A stretch of 64,000 nucleotides of DNA from Eledone cirrhosa (lineage: Eukaryota): contig OZ024743.1 in NCBI GenBank assembly GCA_964016885.1, positions 324,694,001 to 324,758,000 on the forward strand. Reading direction: 5' to 3'. Under the pieces are notes generated by a model that was not told the DNA's origin, ran no database searches, and saw only the letters and a program-made list of their open reading frames with translations. How positions within the stretch are numbered: position 1 is the first letter of the stretch; each line of letters begins with the position of its first letter. Positions 16,116 through 29,349 of the stretch are shown here, one piece after another. The position numbers were made by a program, and so were the translations under genes.

Positions 16116-16224
16116 AAATAAAATGAAAACGAAATTTCATTTCTCACTCTTAGTATGGCACTTACTTAAATGTAAGTATGCATGTATACGTACATACATA
16201 TATGTATACAGACGTACAGTAGCA

Positions 16225-16302
<78 letters not shown>

Positions 16303-16610
16303 TACATATATATGCATACAGGTACACATACATATATGCACGTATCAGTTTAGCGGACGCTTATTATAACGCCGCTTTGTTCGTTTGTAAACAAACTGAA
16401 CAGCCTGAATTTATGCCATACGGTGTTAAGGCAACCACGTCACCTTTTTGTTCAACACTGACACAGGAACGATGTACTAGTTTCAAGCTTGTTAGCTATC
16501 ATCAGCACCGTTTACCCATCTGCCAGATAGTTGAACGTTCGAAAGTATATACTTTCCTTAGCATCCGCTAAACTGATACGTGCATATATGTATGTGTACC
16601 TGTATGCATA

Positions 16611-16648
<38 letters not shown>

Positions 16649-16698
16649 TGCTACTGTACGTCTGTATACATATATGTATGTACGTATACATGCATACT

Positions 16699-16705
<7 letters not shown>
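16031..16705. mobile_element. Non-coding fold-back cassette (family A) with hammerhead, in (TA)n
   Basis: About 16170-16357 and 16562-16705 are inverted copies. The modules are shared with 39707-40935. Confidence 0.75.
16468..16512 (-). ncRNA. Minimal type I hammerhead ribozyme (family A)
   Basis: Minus strand: AACGGTG CTGATGA TAGC-taacaa-GCTT GAAA CTAG TA CATCGTT; 7-bp stem I and palindromic stem III. Confidence 0.82.
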
Positions 16706-16739
<34 letters not shown>

Positions 16740-17309
16740 TAATAAAATAATGAATAAGCAAAGAAACAGTTCCTTATATTAAAAAATTCATCATTTTACG
16801 ATCGTTTCTAGGATATATATGTTAGTGTTGGTATGCATATCCTATAGATCTATGTAAAATTTTTACAAACTATCAGAGGGAATATACATACCTACACATA
16901 TATATGCTGTCTTCAGAAATAATGATATTTGTTTATTGAAAAAAACCAACAAAGATTTAATACAATAGGTCTGTTTGGGAACAGGTTTTGAATTGACCAA
17001 TAGAAAGATAGTGAAGGTCAAGATGGTAAAATAGTAGTAAAAGAACCTTAATTTATGGGTATAGGAAGGTAGATTTCAGTTTTGGATGGAAAGAATATTA
17101 TGAATGAAAGATTATTTTAGGGATGAAAATAGGTCATATGCTGACCTCAGAAATAATTATATTTGTTCATTCGTTCTTTTACTATACCACTAGTACTAGT
17201 ACTAGAATACATCTTCTCTTTTCATGATATTCGGATTACATTGAGTTCTTCATACGGATTGGACACTACCGTACATTTTGGTAGATTTATCTACATATAT
17301 ATATATATA

Positions 17310-17835
17310 TTACTCTTTTACTCTTTTACCTGTTCCAGCCATCCGGCTGAGGCCATGCTGGGGCACCGCCCTTGTTGCTACACATTTTATCTCCAGCCTG
17401 TATTGGTTGGCCACTGTTGTAAGAGGGAGTTTGTTGCTGCTGCCCTTAGGTTTCTCTCGTGCCTTGCTGTGGGCTCATCCAGGATCCTGGATAGCAAGGT
17501 GTCGAGGTGTTTCATGAAGACATCCACCTCCACACCATGCAGATCTCTTAGATCCCTCGGCAGCCTGTTGAAGAGTTGAGGGTCCTTGAATCCCAGGCTA
17601 TTGCAATATCTGCTCCTTATTCTAGATGTGGAAGACGGGACCTTTGGCACCATACAGTAACGTCCTGTTCGACGGTTGGTCCAGCTCCCAATGCCAAAGT
17701 TTGGTGCTAGTCCCTCCAGGATTTTCCACATGTAGATCATTGCGTATCTCTCCCGTCTTCGTTCCAAGGAGTAGAGGTTCAGTTTTTTTAGCCTCTCCCA
17801 GTAGCTTATCTCCTTCATCGTGGCAATCCTCATGG
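17310..17835 (-). mobile_element. 3' end of a CR1/L2-group LINE (ORF2 C-terminus plus 3' UTR with GTAAAAGA tail repeats)
   Basis: SYWERLKKLNLYSLERRRERY and LFNRLPRDLR...LDTLLSRILDEP are typical ORF2 C-terminal motifs. The tail reads GGTGCCCCAGCATGGCC...GTAAAAGAGTAAAAGAG. Confidence 0.8.
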
Positions 17836-17914
17836 ATAGTGTATATATATAATCCGCTTGGATATATATATATAGCATATTTATATATATATATAGTGTA
17901 TATATATACATATA

Positions 17915-18770
17915 CATCATCGCCCGCCACTTTGGCTCCCTTGGACATTCCGCGCACCACCTCACAGTCTGCTGTTCCTCGTGAGGAGGTTGTATCTGAG
18001 CTTCATCAGGAGCTTCCGCCGGTCACAGATGTTGGTCCAGGCAGCGTTGATGTGCTCCTCGATCTGCGCGGGAGTGATTCCTGTGACTTTGGAGTAGAGG
18101 TTGTCATCGTCAAGGTGTTGGAGGGCCAGGCTGTTGTAGGTCTCTCTGCTGATGACGCAGAATTCTTTTCCCTTGTCGGAGGGGAGGTAGATGAGGTTCT
18201 TCAATTTCAGGTTGGAGAGAGTGGTGAGTTGAGATTTAGTGAGGTTGTGTGTTGTGCGTGTGTGTGTGTGTTTGTGTAGAATATCAGAGATGGAGTGTTT
18301 TAACCTGATGAGTTTAGTGTCGAGTTCGTGGTTGGTGGGGGTGGGGGTGAACTGGGTTGTCGAGGTGGTAAGTGGGGAACTTGGGGTGAGTTGTGTGGGC
18401 GCTGTTATTTTCTGTGGCGCTGTTGATGGCGGTCACCCATTTAAGTTGGTAGGCGGCTCGACGGAAGTTGGCTTCGATGTCGAGTTTGAGTCTGTCGTCG
18501 AGTCGTTGTGAATCGATGAACTTGGGTCCGTGGCGTAGGAGTTCCAGCTCGTCGTTCGTGAGGGTGCCGATTAGGTGGGTGAACAGGTGCGTCGCATCGT
18601 TGAGGTGTGGCTCGGTGTTGGTGGATGTGGCGGCGGCGGTTGTTACGTTGTTGTTTTCCACGTGGTTCGGGTGTGTCTGTTTGTTAGTGTCGGTGTTCTC
18701 GTAGTGGAGTTTAGACAAGATCCACTCATATTTCTGCTTGAGCCGTTTTTTTTCTCGCGTTGGACTCTAT
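17915..18770 (-). pseudogene. Penelope-like element N-terminal/RT-start fragment
   Basis: LTNDELELLRHGPKF and LIYLPSDKGKEFCVIS..Y...HLDD..LY match PLE N-terminal motifs (L.KGxKF, xDKG). Frames are disrupted. Confidence 0.65.
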
Positions 18771-18805
18771 ATAGTGTATATGTATGTATATATATATATA
18801 TACTG

Positions 18806-18843
<38 letters not shown>

Positions 18844-18924
18844 AAGAGTGAAGAATAAGATGGTCAACAGTACAATGGAGTATTCACAACCTCTAACTGG
18901 ATCTATAACGACAATTTGTTATCC

Positions 18925-19739
<815 letters not shown>

Positions 19740-19890
19740 ATACTTTGGGAGGGTCATGTTGCCAATAAGAAACACACGCACCAGTTGCTTTCACTTCAAT
19801 TTAATTTAATATATATTTATAAATTTACAAATTTATAAATTTCTGGTTGGTTGGTTGGTTCCACAACCAGATAGTTGTTTATATATATAT

Positions 19891-19935
19891 AGTCATAGTT
19901 CTTTCGTCACACACTCTGTGACCTCTTCAGTGACT
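19891..19935 (-). ncRNA. Minimal hammerhead ribozyme in 3' pLTR
   Basis: Reverse complement of 23306-23350. Confidence 0.72.
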
Positions 19936-20209
19936 GGGGATTTCTTTCTTCGTTTCTGTGCCTTTCCTTTCTTCTATCCTACGCCATTTTGTTTGTGTGT
20001 GGGTTGCGTGCTCAGTTTGCGCATGCGCCACATCCGGGTGTCTGTGTGTGTTTGTGTTCATTTTTCTATTTTTCTATTTATATTTGTTTGTTTATTTATT
20101 TATTTATTGTTGGTTGGTTGTTTGTTCTATGTGTGTGTGTGTTTTCATTTTGTGTGTGTTTTCAATTGTAAGTTGTTTATATATGTGTGTGTGTGTTTTC
20201 ATTTTGTCC

Positions 20210-22843
20210 TTAATTGTAAGTTGTGATGTTGCTGTTCCACTCATATTTTCTATTTAATTTTGGTTTTAGTTCTTTTATGCTTACTGCCTCTGTAATTTGC
20301 CTAAACATTGCGTCTTTCTTGTGTGTGGATTCTATTTTTATTTCTATGCTCTCTAATTTACCCCTGTGTTCTATCTTAGCATGTTGGTAGAGCACAGATG
20401 ATTCTTTACTATCTTGGAGGTCTCGCCAGTGTTCATTTATTCGTTCCCCTATACTACGAGCTGTCTCACCTATGTACACTATATTTTTGTTTCTACATTG
20501 TCCCTCAGTACATCTTATGCTATATACTACATTTCTAGTTTTACAGTTAATATGGGGGCTTATTTTACAGGTTATACATTTCTTATCTATACATGAGGGT
20601 CTTTGGAACGGGTATGTCTTGCTAATAAGTGTTTTTACGGAGGTACCAGGTCTTTCTACTATCTTAATATTGAGATTATGTTTCTTTAGGGCCCTTCTAA
20701 ATTTGTAGGCTAGTTCACCTCTAGGGGTTGTATTGATGAACATTACACTCTGGTATTTATTGCTATCATACCATGAGTTTATTCTATTGGCCTTGTTCTT
20801 AGTTCTTTCTATTCTATTCCAAAATTTGCTCCTATACAAGGGGCAGGTCCCATTTATGTCATTATTTACCATTTTTTCCCATTTGGTTCTGGCTCCTTTA
20901 TACACTCTGATTCTATCTCTCTGATTGTAGCCAGAGAACTGCATACGGTGGATGAAGTGTTGTATGTGTCTCTCTAGTTCTTTGGGGTTGCACATGCGGG
21001 ACACATTTCTCATCACCCGTACCAAATCCGCAATCAGTATGTTGATTTTGGTATGGTCCGAAATGGCCGAGTTTCGGTGGATCAGATGTTTGGAAGTCAT
21101 GGGTTTGGCATAATGGGAATGGAGGATTTGTTTTTGGTTGTTAATAGTATCTAACCAGAGCTCTGTGTCTAGTACAGGTAATCGATGGTTGGGGTGTCTA
21201 CTTGGGTAGTCTATAGTAACTCTAATGCTCTGGTGGATGGAGTTTGCTATTTGCTGGATGCTTTCCATTGTGTTAGGTTCCTGACTGTTCTTTAGTGGGG
21301 GTGTCTTAACTACGATGTTTATATCATCTACGTAGCGGGAGTACATTATCAGGGTTAATCTGTCTTCTAATTGTTCTTTAAGTTTTTGTTTAAGTCTACT
21401 GTCCCACCATACCATGAACAAGTTAGCTATGTCGCCTGCAATGCTAACACCAATGGCTGCTCCTTCCTCTTGGGCATATGTTTTACCATTAAATTTGAAC
21501 ATATGTTCCTTAAGGGTTAATTTTATGCTGGCCCCTACCGCATGTGCAATCATTTTCTTCAGTTCATCGTGGTTTTCGGGTGTCCGTATGGCTCTGGTCC
21601 ACCCGTTCCATCTATCTGTGTGGGTTTTCTTGGCCATTGAGGTAATGGTAGGTGGTCTGCCTCTTGCTGGTCTTGTAGGGCACAGGTTGCTAAGGTCATA
21701 AGTGTCTAGGTAACTATTACTATGGGTAAGCTTAAGTAGAAGTCCCAGCTCACTGGTATCAATCCCACGGAACTCAACCTTGCTCTCGCTGATCATTTCG
21801 ACGCATTTCTCCACAGCAAAATCCACGTCAATAGATGGATACAGGGACACAACATCCATACTGCCTATTATGCAGTTTGTTAGGTCCCCAGATCGGTTAC
21901 CCGCGTCGATTCTGCTGAGGAGGTCCTCCGTGCTGTCACACACATCTGGGGACATCTCAATGATGGGGCGTATGATCAGGGAGAGGAAGTAGGACAGTCT
22001 GTAGTTACTAGCAATGTTAGCCCCACAGACTGGCCGTGTTGGTGGTCCCGCGACAGGGTCCCAGCCCGTTTTATGGTCCTTTCGAAGCCCATACAACGCC
22101 GGCACGTCATTGTTCCAGGCCTGGAAGTTGTTGGCAGTCCTTTTATTGGGCTGCATTATATTTGTCCACATCACCATATGGGCATTGAGGGTTTTTTCTC
22201 TGTCCTCATGCTCCTGTGGTGTTACCTCTCTTGTGTTAGTGATGTGGGGTTGCATTGCCTGGATGTAGTTTGGCAGGCTGTCAACCGACATTCTGCCAGA
22301 CTTGTCTGTTGGAAAGCATGCTATCTCTCCATTACGCGAGCGCTGCATGAGCTTACGCAAGCCATTTGCAGATTCTTCTCCCAGTTGCTGGGCCTCTATT
22401 CTATTATGCTTCTTGCTATACTGTTCTATAATATTTCTAAGTTCGGATTTAGCTATACTAAATTGTGCTTCTGTTTGTTCATCGACCTGCGACGGCAACT
22501 GCGTGCGTTTGTTAAATGGCAAAGTCGTGGCGTGGACTCGTCGTAGGTCGAATGATTTATCGGAGGGATTATAAAACGGAGAGTTCCAGGCTGCTGCTTT
22601 ATGTGTACTTGCGCTATTGTTAGTTGTGTTGTTTCTATTTCCACCAACAGCAGCAGCCTCAGCTTCATGGTTGTTTCTATGTCTCTCATAATTACTCCTG
22701 TCTCTTTCCACTGGCTCAATGTTGTTATCTACCCTATTTTGTGTGTCTGTGTGTTCGTCTTGGTTATTCTCTTTGTCCTTAGTCTTCCTACTCCTTTTAA
22801 TCCTATTACTTTCTCTTATTTCTCCAAGATAGTAAAGAATCAT
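20210..22843 (-). CDS. PLE reverse transcriptase plus GIY-YIG endonuclease (877-aa open frame; first about 7 codons come from the inverted pLTR)
   Basis: PTDKSG, LYGLRKDHK, RPV, GSMDVVSLYPSI, GAAIGVSIAGDIANLFM, RYVDD, LPVLD, CxxC..C, VVYSIRC..YIGETARSIGERINEH. Confidence 0.92.
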   Translation of the reverse strand: MILYYLGEIRESNRIKRSRKTKDKENNQDEHTDTQNRVDNNIEPVERDRSNYERHRNNHEAEAAAVGGNRNNTTNNSASTHKAAAWNSPFYNPSDKSFDLRRVHATTLPFNKRTQLPSQVDEQTEAQFSIAKSELRNIIEQYSKKHNRIEAQQLGEESANGLRKLMQRSRNGEIACFPTDKSGRMSVDSLPNYIQAMQPHITNTREVTPQEHEDREKTLNAHMVMWTNIMQPNKRTANNFQAWNNDVPALYGLRKDHKTGWDPVAGPPTRPVCGANIASNYRLSYFLSLIIRPIIEMSPDVCDSTEDLLSRIDAGNRSGDLTNCIIGSMDVVSLYPSIDVDFAVEKCVEMISESKVEFRGIDTSELGLLLKLTHSNSYLDTYDLSNLCPTRPARGRPPTITSMAKKTHTDRWNGWTRAIRTPENHDELKKMIAHAVGASIKLTLKEHMFKFNGKTYAQEEGAAIGVSIAGDIANLFMVWWDSRLKQKLKEQLEDRLTLIMYSRYVDDINIVVKTPPLKNSQEPNTMESIQQIANSIHQSIRVTIDYPSRHPNHRLPVLDTELWLDTINNQKQILHSHYAKPMTSKHLIHRNSAISDHTKINILIADLVRVMRNVSRMCNPKELERHIQHFIHRMQFSGYNQRDRIRVYKGARTKWEKMVNNDINGTCPLYRSKFWNRIERTKNKANRINSWYDSNKYQSVMFINTTPRGELAYKFRRALKKHNLNIKIVERPGTSVKTLISKTYPFQRPSCIDKKCITCKISPHINCKTRNVVYSIRCTEGQCRNKNIVYIGETARSIGERINEHWRDLQDSKESSVLYQHAKIEHRGKLESIEIKIESTHKKDAMFRQITEAVSIKELKPKLNRKYEWNSNITTYN

Positions 22844-23305
22844 CTGTGCTCTACCAACATGCTAAGATAGAACACAGGGGTAAATTAGAGAGCATAGAAA
22901 TAAAAATAGAATCCACACACAAGAAAGACGCAATGTTTAGGCAAATTACAGAGGCAGTAAGCATAAAAGAACTAAAACCAAAATTAAATAGAAAATATGA
23001 GTGGAACAGCAACATCACAACTTACAATTAAGGACAAAATGAAAACACACACACACATATATAAACAACTTACAATTGAAAACACACACAAAATGAAAAC
23101 ACACACACACATAGAACAAACAACCAACCAACAATAAATAAATAAATAAACAAACAAATATAAATAGAAAAATAGAAAAATGAACACAAACACACACAGA
23201 CACCCGGATGTGGCGCATGCGCAAACTGAGCACGCAACCCACACACAAACAAAATGGCGTAGGATAGAAGAAAGGAAAGGCACAGAAACGAAGAAAGAAA
23301 TCCCC

Positions 23306-23350
23306 AGTCACTGAAGAGGTCACAGAGTGTGTGACGAAAGAACTATGACT
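23306..23350 (+). ncRNA. Minimal hammerhead ribozyme in inverted pLTR
   Basis: AGTCA CTGAAGA g GTCACA-gagtg-TGTGAC GAAA GAAC TA TGACT. Confidence 0.72.
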
Positions 23351-23563
23351 ATATATATATAAACAACTATCTGGTTGTGGAACCAACCAACCAACCAGAA
23401 ATTTATAAATTTGTAAATTTATAAATATATATTAAATTAAATTGAAGTGAAAGCAACTGGTGCGTGTGTTTCTTATTGGCAACATGACCCTCCCAAAGTA
23501 TAACAATATCGGTTTCAACACACGATTTCAGATAAAGAATCTTGCTAAACAAATTCAGAAACG

Positions 23564-24574
<1,011 letters not shown>

Positions 24575-24659
24575 AAATTGGTTGTTTTGGAAGCCTCAAC
24601 AATGCTGATGGGTAAATCTCCGGGTAACAGATTCAGGTGGTAATGAGAGAGGTGTAGAG

Positions 24660-24703
<44 letters not shown>

Positions 24704-25286
24704 TAGCAAGAATCGCATTTCGGCTATTGGAAATTAGCGAAAAACAACTTCCGAAATGTGTGGCAAGCGCTCCATAGAAACGAATGAACTGGAGCAAAAA
24801 CATGAGTTAAAAGGCCAAACACACTGAGACGATGGTTAAACCATAAACCGCAAAGCCATAGAAGCGAACAAGCTTTTCGGGTCAAACAAATAGTAAAATA
24901 TCATTGTAAAATATACCCGGTCCCACGGAAACGGTGGTAAAATCCAATATGGGGTTTCTGCAACTCCTAAATCAGGTACTGCCTGCTTAAACAAATAATG
25001 TTAAGCTTTTGGTATGATGATCGAACAAGGAAGTCACTTTTTCAACAGGCATTTAGTTCTATGCAAAGCTAAGGAACTGACCGTTATCTGAACCCACTTG
25101 CGGTGTCAGAAGGGAGAGAACCCCTAGTTATGGCGGATGAATTCAGTATGTGTGGTTATTGCAAAATTGTAAAATATCATAAAAAGAATTAAGCTCTCGA
25201 CAGAATAGTTTATAAAATTAACATAAGCTATTAATCAGCCAATAGAATTACCAACCCGGAATATATACATAGTTTTAATATAGAAG

Positions 25287-25337
25287 AGCTTCTACAGGAC
25301 TAGAACTGTTTCATTCGTGAGAAATCATCAGGAATCT
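25287..25337 (-). ncRNA. Hammerhead ribozyme (family B)
   Basis: Minus strand: AGATTC CTGATGA TTTC-tcac-GAAT GAAA CAG..CTG TA GAAGCT. Confidence 0.7.
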
Positions 25338-25550
25338 GACTGTCCAAGTAAATATGGTGGTATTTATATCTTTTCTGGTGTTTATAGAATTCTTTCTGCC
25401 TTTGTCACTCTAAATATAAATTATAGCTTTAAAGAATTAGCTTTTAATAAATTACCTTTTCTTTCAACCAATGACTTCCACCCATCCTACTCCCCTCCCT
25501 CTCCTACCACCAGAAAAGATATAAATACCACCATATTTACTTGGACAGTC

Positions 25551-25601
25551 AGATTCCTGACGATTTCTCACGAATGAAACAGTTCTAGTCCTGTAGAAGC
25601 T
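25551..25601 (+). ncRNA. Hammerhead ribozyme (family B)
   Basis: AGATTC CTGACGA TTTC-tcac-GAAT GAAA CAG-ttctagtc-CTG TA GAAGCT. Confidence 0.7.
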
Positions 25602-25778
25602 CTTCTATATTAAAACTGTTATACTCTGTTTTGTATTGAGTACTTTACTTAATGTGGTTACCTCCGATTCAACCCGGAATAACTTACCTATATATATAGT
25701 GGTAAAAAACGGGAGGTTTTATCCGTAGTTGATAGGGCACTCAGTCCAAAGGGCGAGTTCAGTGTAGAGTTAGTTCCA

Positions 25779-25839
<61 letters not shown>

Positions 25840-26467
25840 CTGTGTGTGTGTGTACACATACACACATATACATATGCAGTGGCGGACTGGGTCTAAAAAT
25901 ATTGGTTGCCAGATGAAAGGGGCCCAACTACATATAGAATGCTATCATTTAATTTTTATAATGAATAAATAACTTTAAATAAATTTTCGAAAAATACATA
26001 AGTGGAAACAAACGTGATGATTCTTAGCCATTTTGAATTCGTTTCTGGCGGGGATCATGTAAGAAAAATCTTTGTCCAATGAGTTTATCTCCTGATGATT
26101 TCTAACCTCGTTGATTTATCCAAGATCGGATATATCCAAAAATGGAATGAAACCGCCGGGGGTAGAGATATTTTGATGATTTTGGTAGGTTTATGTACAT
26201 TTTTTCTTCTAACTTTGATTTTGATTTTGTACATAATTATGTATGGTAAATTATATGTCTAGTCAATTTATACAGGCTATTAGAAATACTAGGTAAATTT
26301 TCTGTAGCTATGAGTCGCAGATAAAAAGCTATATCATTTATCTATTGTTTCTTCATTAGTATATTTCAAACTTATAGCCTCGTTTAAATGATTTTTTTGT
26401 GTGGTTGATTTATGCTGATTGGGAGAAGAAATATTGTATATATTTTATCTAATGATTCTATGGACAT

Positions 26468-26558
<91 letters not shown>

Positions 26559-26639
26559 ACCACCTTCACCACTAATTGATTTGACAGATACCAAATATTA
26601 TTTGGTCAGTAGTTCGTGTGTAAGTATATATATATATAT

Positions 26640-27750
26640 AAAAACAGAGAAACAAAGAGGCAGTACAAATGATATTATTAGTTTCACGCTTGAGAGTGGG
26701 GGGTGGGGGACGACGTTTCGGGAATAAGCCCATCATCAGGAGAAAAGTGAGTAGGAAGAGTGTTCCGAGGGTGTGTGGAGGAGTGGTGGAAAGACATTTT
26801 TAAAAAGGGGGGGGGGGAGAAAAGGGAGGAAAACATTTTTTTGTAGAGTGGAAAGAATTTTTTAAAAATAAAAATAAAAATAAACAAGTGGTGAAAGGGT
26901 GTGAGGCGTGTAGGGGTGCTGGTGGGTGGAGGGAGATGGAGGGAGGTGGAGAGGGGAGAGGTAGGCGGGGTGTCCGAGCGGAGAGAGCTGAAGGTGGTGT
27001 TTGTGTATGTGTGTAGATGTACGTGTGTGTGTATGTGAGATTTGGGGGAAGAACGAGGTTACATGTTCAGATAAAAGGGAAACCGGTGTGTACATAGGGT
27101 GGGATGTAAGTCGGTGTGTGCGTGCGTGTGGATGGAGAGGGGTCAGATGGGTGGGGGAGAGGGGGCCACTGGAGTCCGGAGGCTGAGTGTGTGTATGTGA
27201 GGATACGCACGTGTGTGTTTCTGTTTATATGTGGTGTGGATGTAGGTGGCGTGGTTCGAAAATAATGTAAGTGTTTGTTGGTGTGTATGTTCCTAAGATA
27301 TTTCCATGGAGTGTGAGAGAAGATGTTGGAGATTCCACGTGTCGTAGGATGGATAGCTGGAACGATGACCGGTGGTGTAAAATCCTGGTGTGGTGGTGAG
27401 GAAGTGGAGAGATGTGGGGTGCGCAAGCAACAGGAAGTGGTCAGAGGGTCAAGGCAGGGTGAAGAGATAGTAGTAGAGGAGGATGTCAGGTAAAGAAAGG
27501 GTCTGTATATGGTGTGGACTGTGTGTCTGTGTGTGTGGAGGTACGGTGGACAGGGGAGAGGATGGATAGGTGTGAAAGGTGGAGCGAGAAGGTGGTGGTG
27601 TGGGGGGTTGGTGTGTATATTAGTGGAGGTGTTAGTAGGATGTGTGTGTGAGGGGATGTAGGTGGAGCGGGGAGAGAGAGAGGGAAAGAAAAGGTGTTGG
27701 GGACGGCAGAGGGAGTGTAGTGTACTGGTGTGTGTGTGCGTGTTTGGATA
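26640..27750 (-). mobile_element. Probable PLE 3' UTR/pLTR remnant (C/A-rich on minus strand) with hammerhead core at 26709-26743
   Basis: Minus strand: CTC CTGATGA TGGGC-ttat-TCCC GAAA CG TC; stem I is degenerate. Ends in (TA)n. Confidence 0.5.
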
Positions 27751-27754
27751 TGAG

Positions 27755-28035
27755 CTGATTATACAGAGCGATTGCCGGGCCAGCAAAAATTAGGTATTAG
27801 GATTGATGCTCTGAAATAGCGATGTATACATGAATGTATGTATAGTATATTTGGTAATATAACGTATGTTTAATTAAAAACATTTAAAAGACCTTACGCT
27901 ATCGTATGTTTAATTAAACAAACGGTATATTGCCAAATATACTATACATACATTCATGTATACATCGCTATTTCAGAGCACCAATCCTAATATCTAATTT
28001 TTACTGAACCGGCAATCGCTCTGTATAATCAGTTC
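27755..28035. repeat. Imperfect hairpin with about 125-bp arms
   Basis: CTGATTATACAGAGCGATTGCCGG... at 27755 is the reverse complement of ...CCGGCAATCGCTCTGTATAATCAG at 28009-28032. Confidence 0.88.
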
Positions 28036-29349
28036 CTGATTATTACTGGAATTCTATAAGAATCCAGCTTCTATAATTTTTGACGGAAACAGGGGGTGCG
28101 TGGCTCTGATGATCGCCAACCAGCGCGCGCGCGTGCGCACACAAAGCTTTAGATTTAGTAGAATGTACAACCACTGATTCCAGTTATTTGCACAATCGTA
28201 TATTTTGGTTTCTATTATTTCCCTGGGGAATTGGTTGACCAAATGCTTTGCTTAATTGTTTCATTTATTTTTTTTTTTAAATGTATTCTTTCTCTTAGAT
28301 TTCAGGTATTTTTTGAAAGCAAACCATTGGCTCCTGAAATACTACTGTGGGCTCTGCAATGCTACCGTGGGGCCCCTGGATCCCACTTGCCATAGGGCAA
28401 CCTGGCAAGTCCTCCACTGTACATATGTACGTATTGGTTATATCGAATATTGAATAATAATATTCGATTCGTTTGTAAACAAACGGCCCGATTAAAGCTG
28501 TGCCGTGCCGATGACAAATCGTTATCCGTTTGTCCAACACTGACATTGAGGATTGTATACCTTTCCCAATATGTTGAACGGTTGAAAATATATAGTATTT
28601 TCTCAGGTACACATCGGCTGAGTAGCCTCATTTGCATACCGAACGAGTTACGCCTGGCCTTACCGAAAACTAAAAATAAAATTAGAATTTTATTTCTCGC
28701 TCAAGCACAACGTATATATGGCATAATGTACTACGTGTGGTGTATTATGTACTGTATATTTAAGGGTCTGCTTTTCTTTTTTTTCCTTTCTTTTTTTCGT
28801 CAAAGTGACATTATTGAAAAAGTGAGAGGGACAATTCTTTAAAAAAAGAGTTTTATGTTTATAAAGTATATAAAGTATAACCGGTTTCGATGTATTAGTA
28901 AAATTCATTTTATCAAATGTTGAGTATTACAATTAAAAAGAATTAATAAGAATTAAAAAATAAAAATTAAAGATTTAAAATTAAGTGTTGAGGTAAGTTC
29001 TTTCATCTTCCCTGTTGAGAAGGAGACAGGAAAATGTGTGGTGATAAAGTAGCAGTGGTGGTAGGTGTGTTTTTGTATAGAACAAAATTGTTTTTAGGGA
29101 CAAGGAAATATTCTGTATGTGTGTGTATCTCAATTGTGTTAACGGACTGGTCAAGAGTTTAGATGGGGTTGATGAGGGGGGGGGGGGTGCAAACTGGAGA
29201 CAAATTCTATGGGGTTGGCAACAGTAGGGTTGTAAAAGAAATTCTATTTTGGCAATATGGCTTTAGAGAGTGTGTAGGAGGTCGCTACATTTCGGTGTTT
29301 CTGGGGTTGAAACCAACAGAGAGAGGGGGGAGAGATATGTATATATATA

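Larger units (their letters stand above)
25272..25690. mobile_element. Short fold-back pLTR cassette (family B) with two opposed hammerheads
   Basis: About 25272-25380 is the reverse complement of about 25508-25616. Homologous to 41013-43430. Confidence 0.8.

Noticed and set aside
16790-16885. Hammerhead on the minus strand (GAAA CGATCG TA preceded by a stem)
   Set aside because: No intact CUGANGA and no convincing stem I; at most a decayed remnant.
22822-22843. ATG at 22843 as the true PLE start
   Set aside because: It lies in the inverted pLTR copy; the element is 5'-truncated at about 22821.
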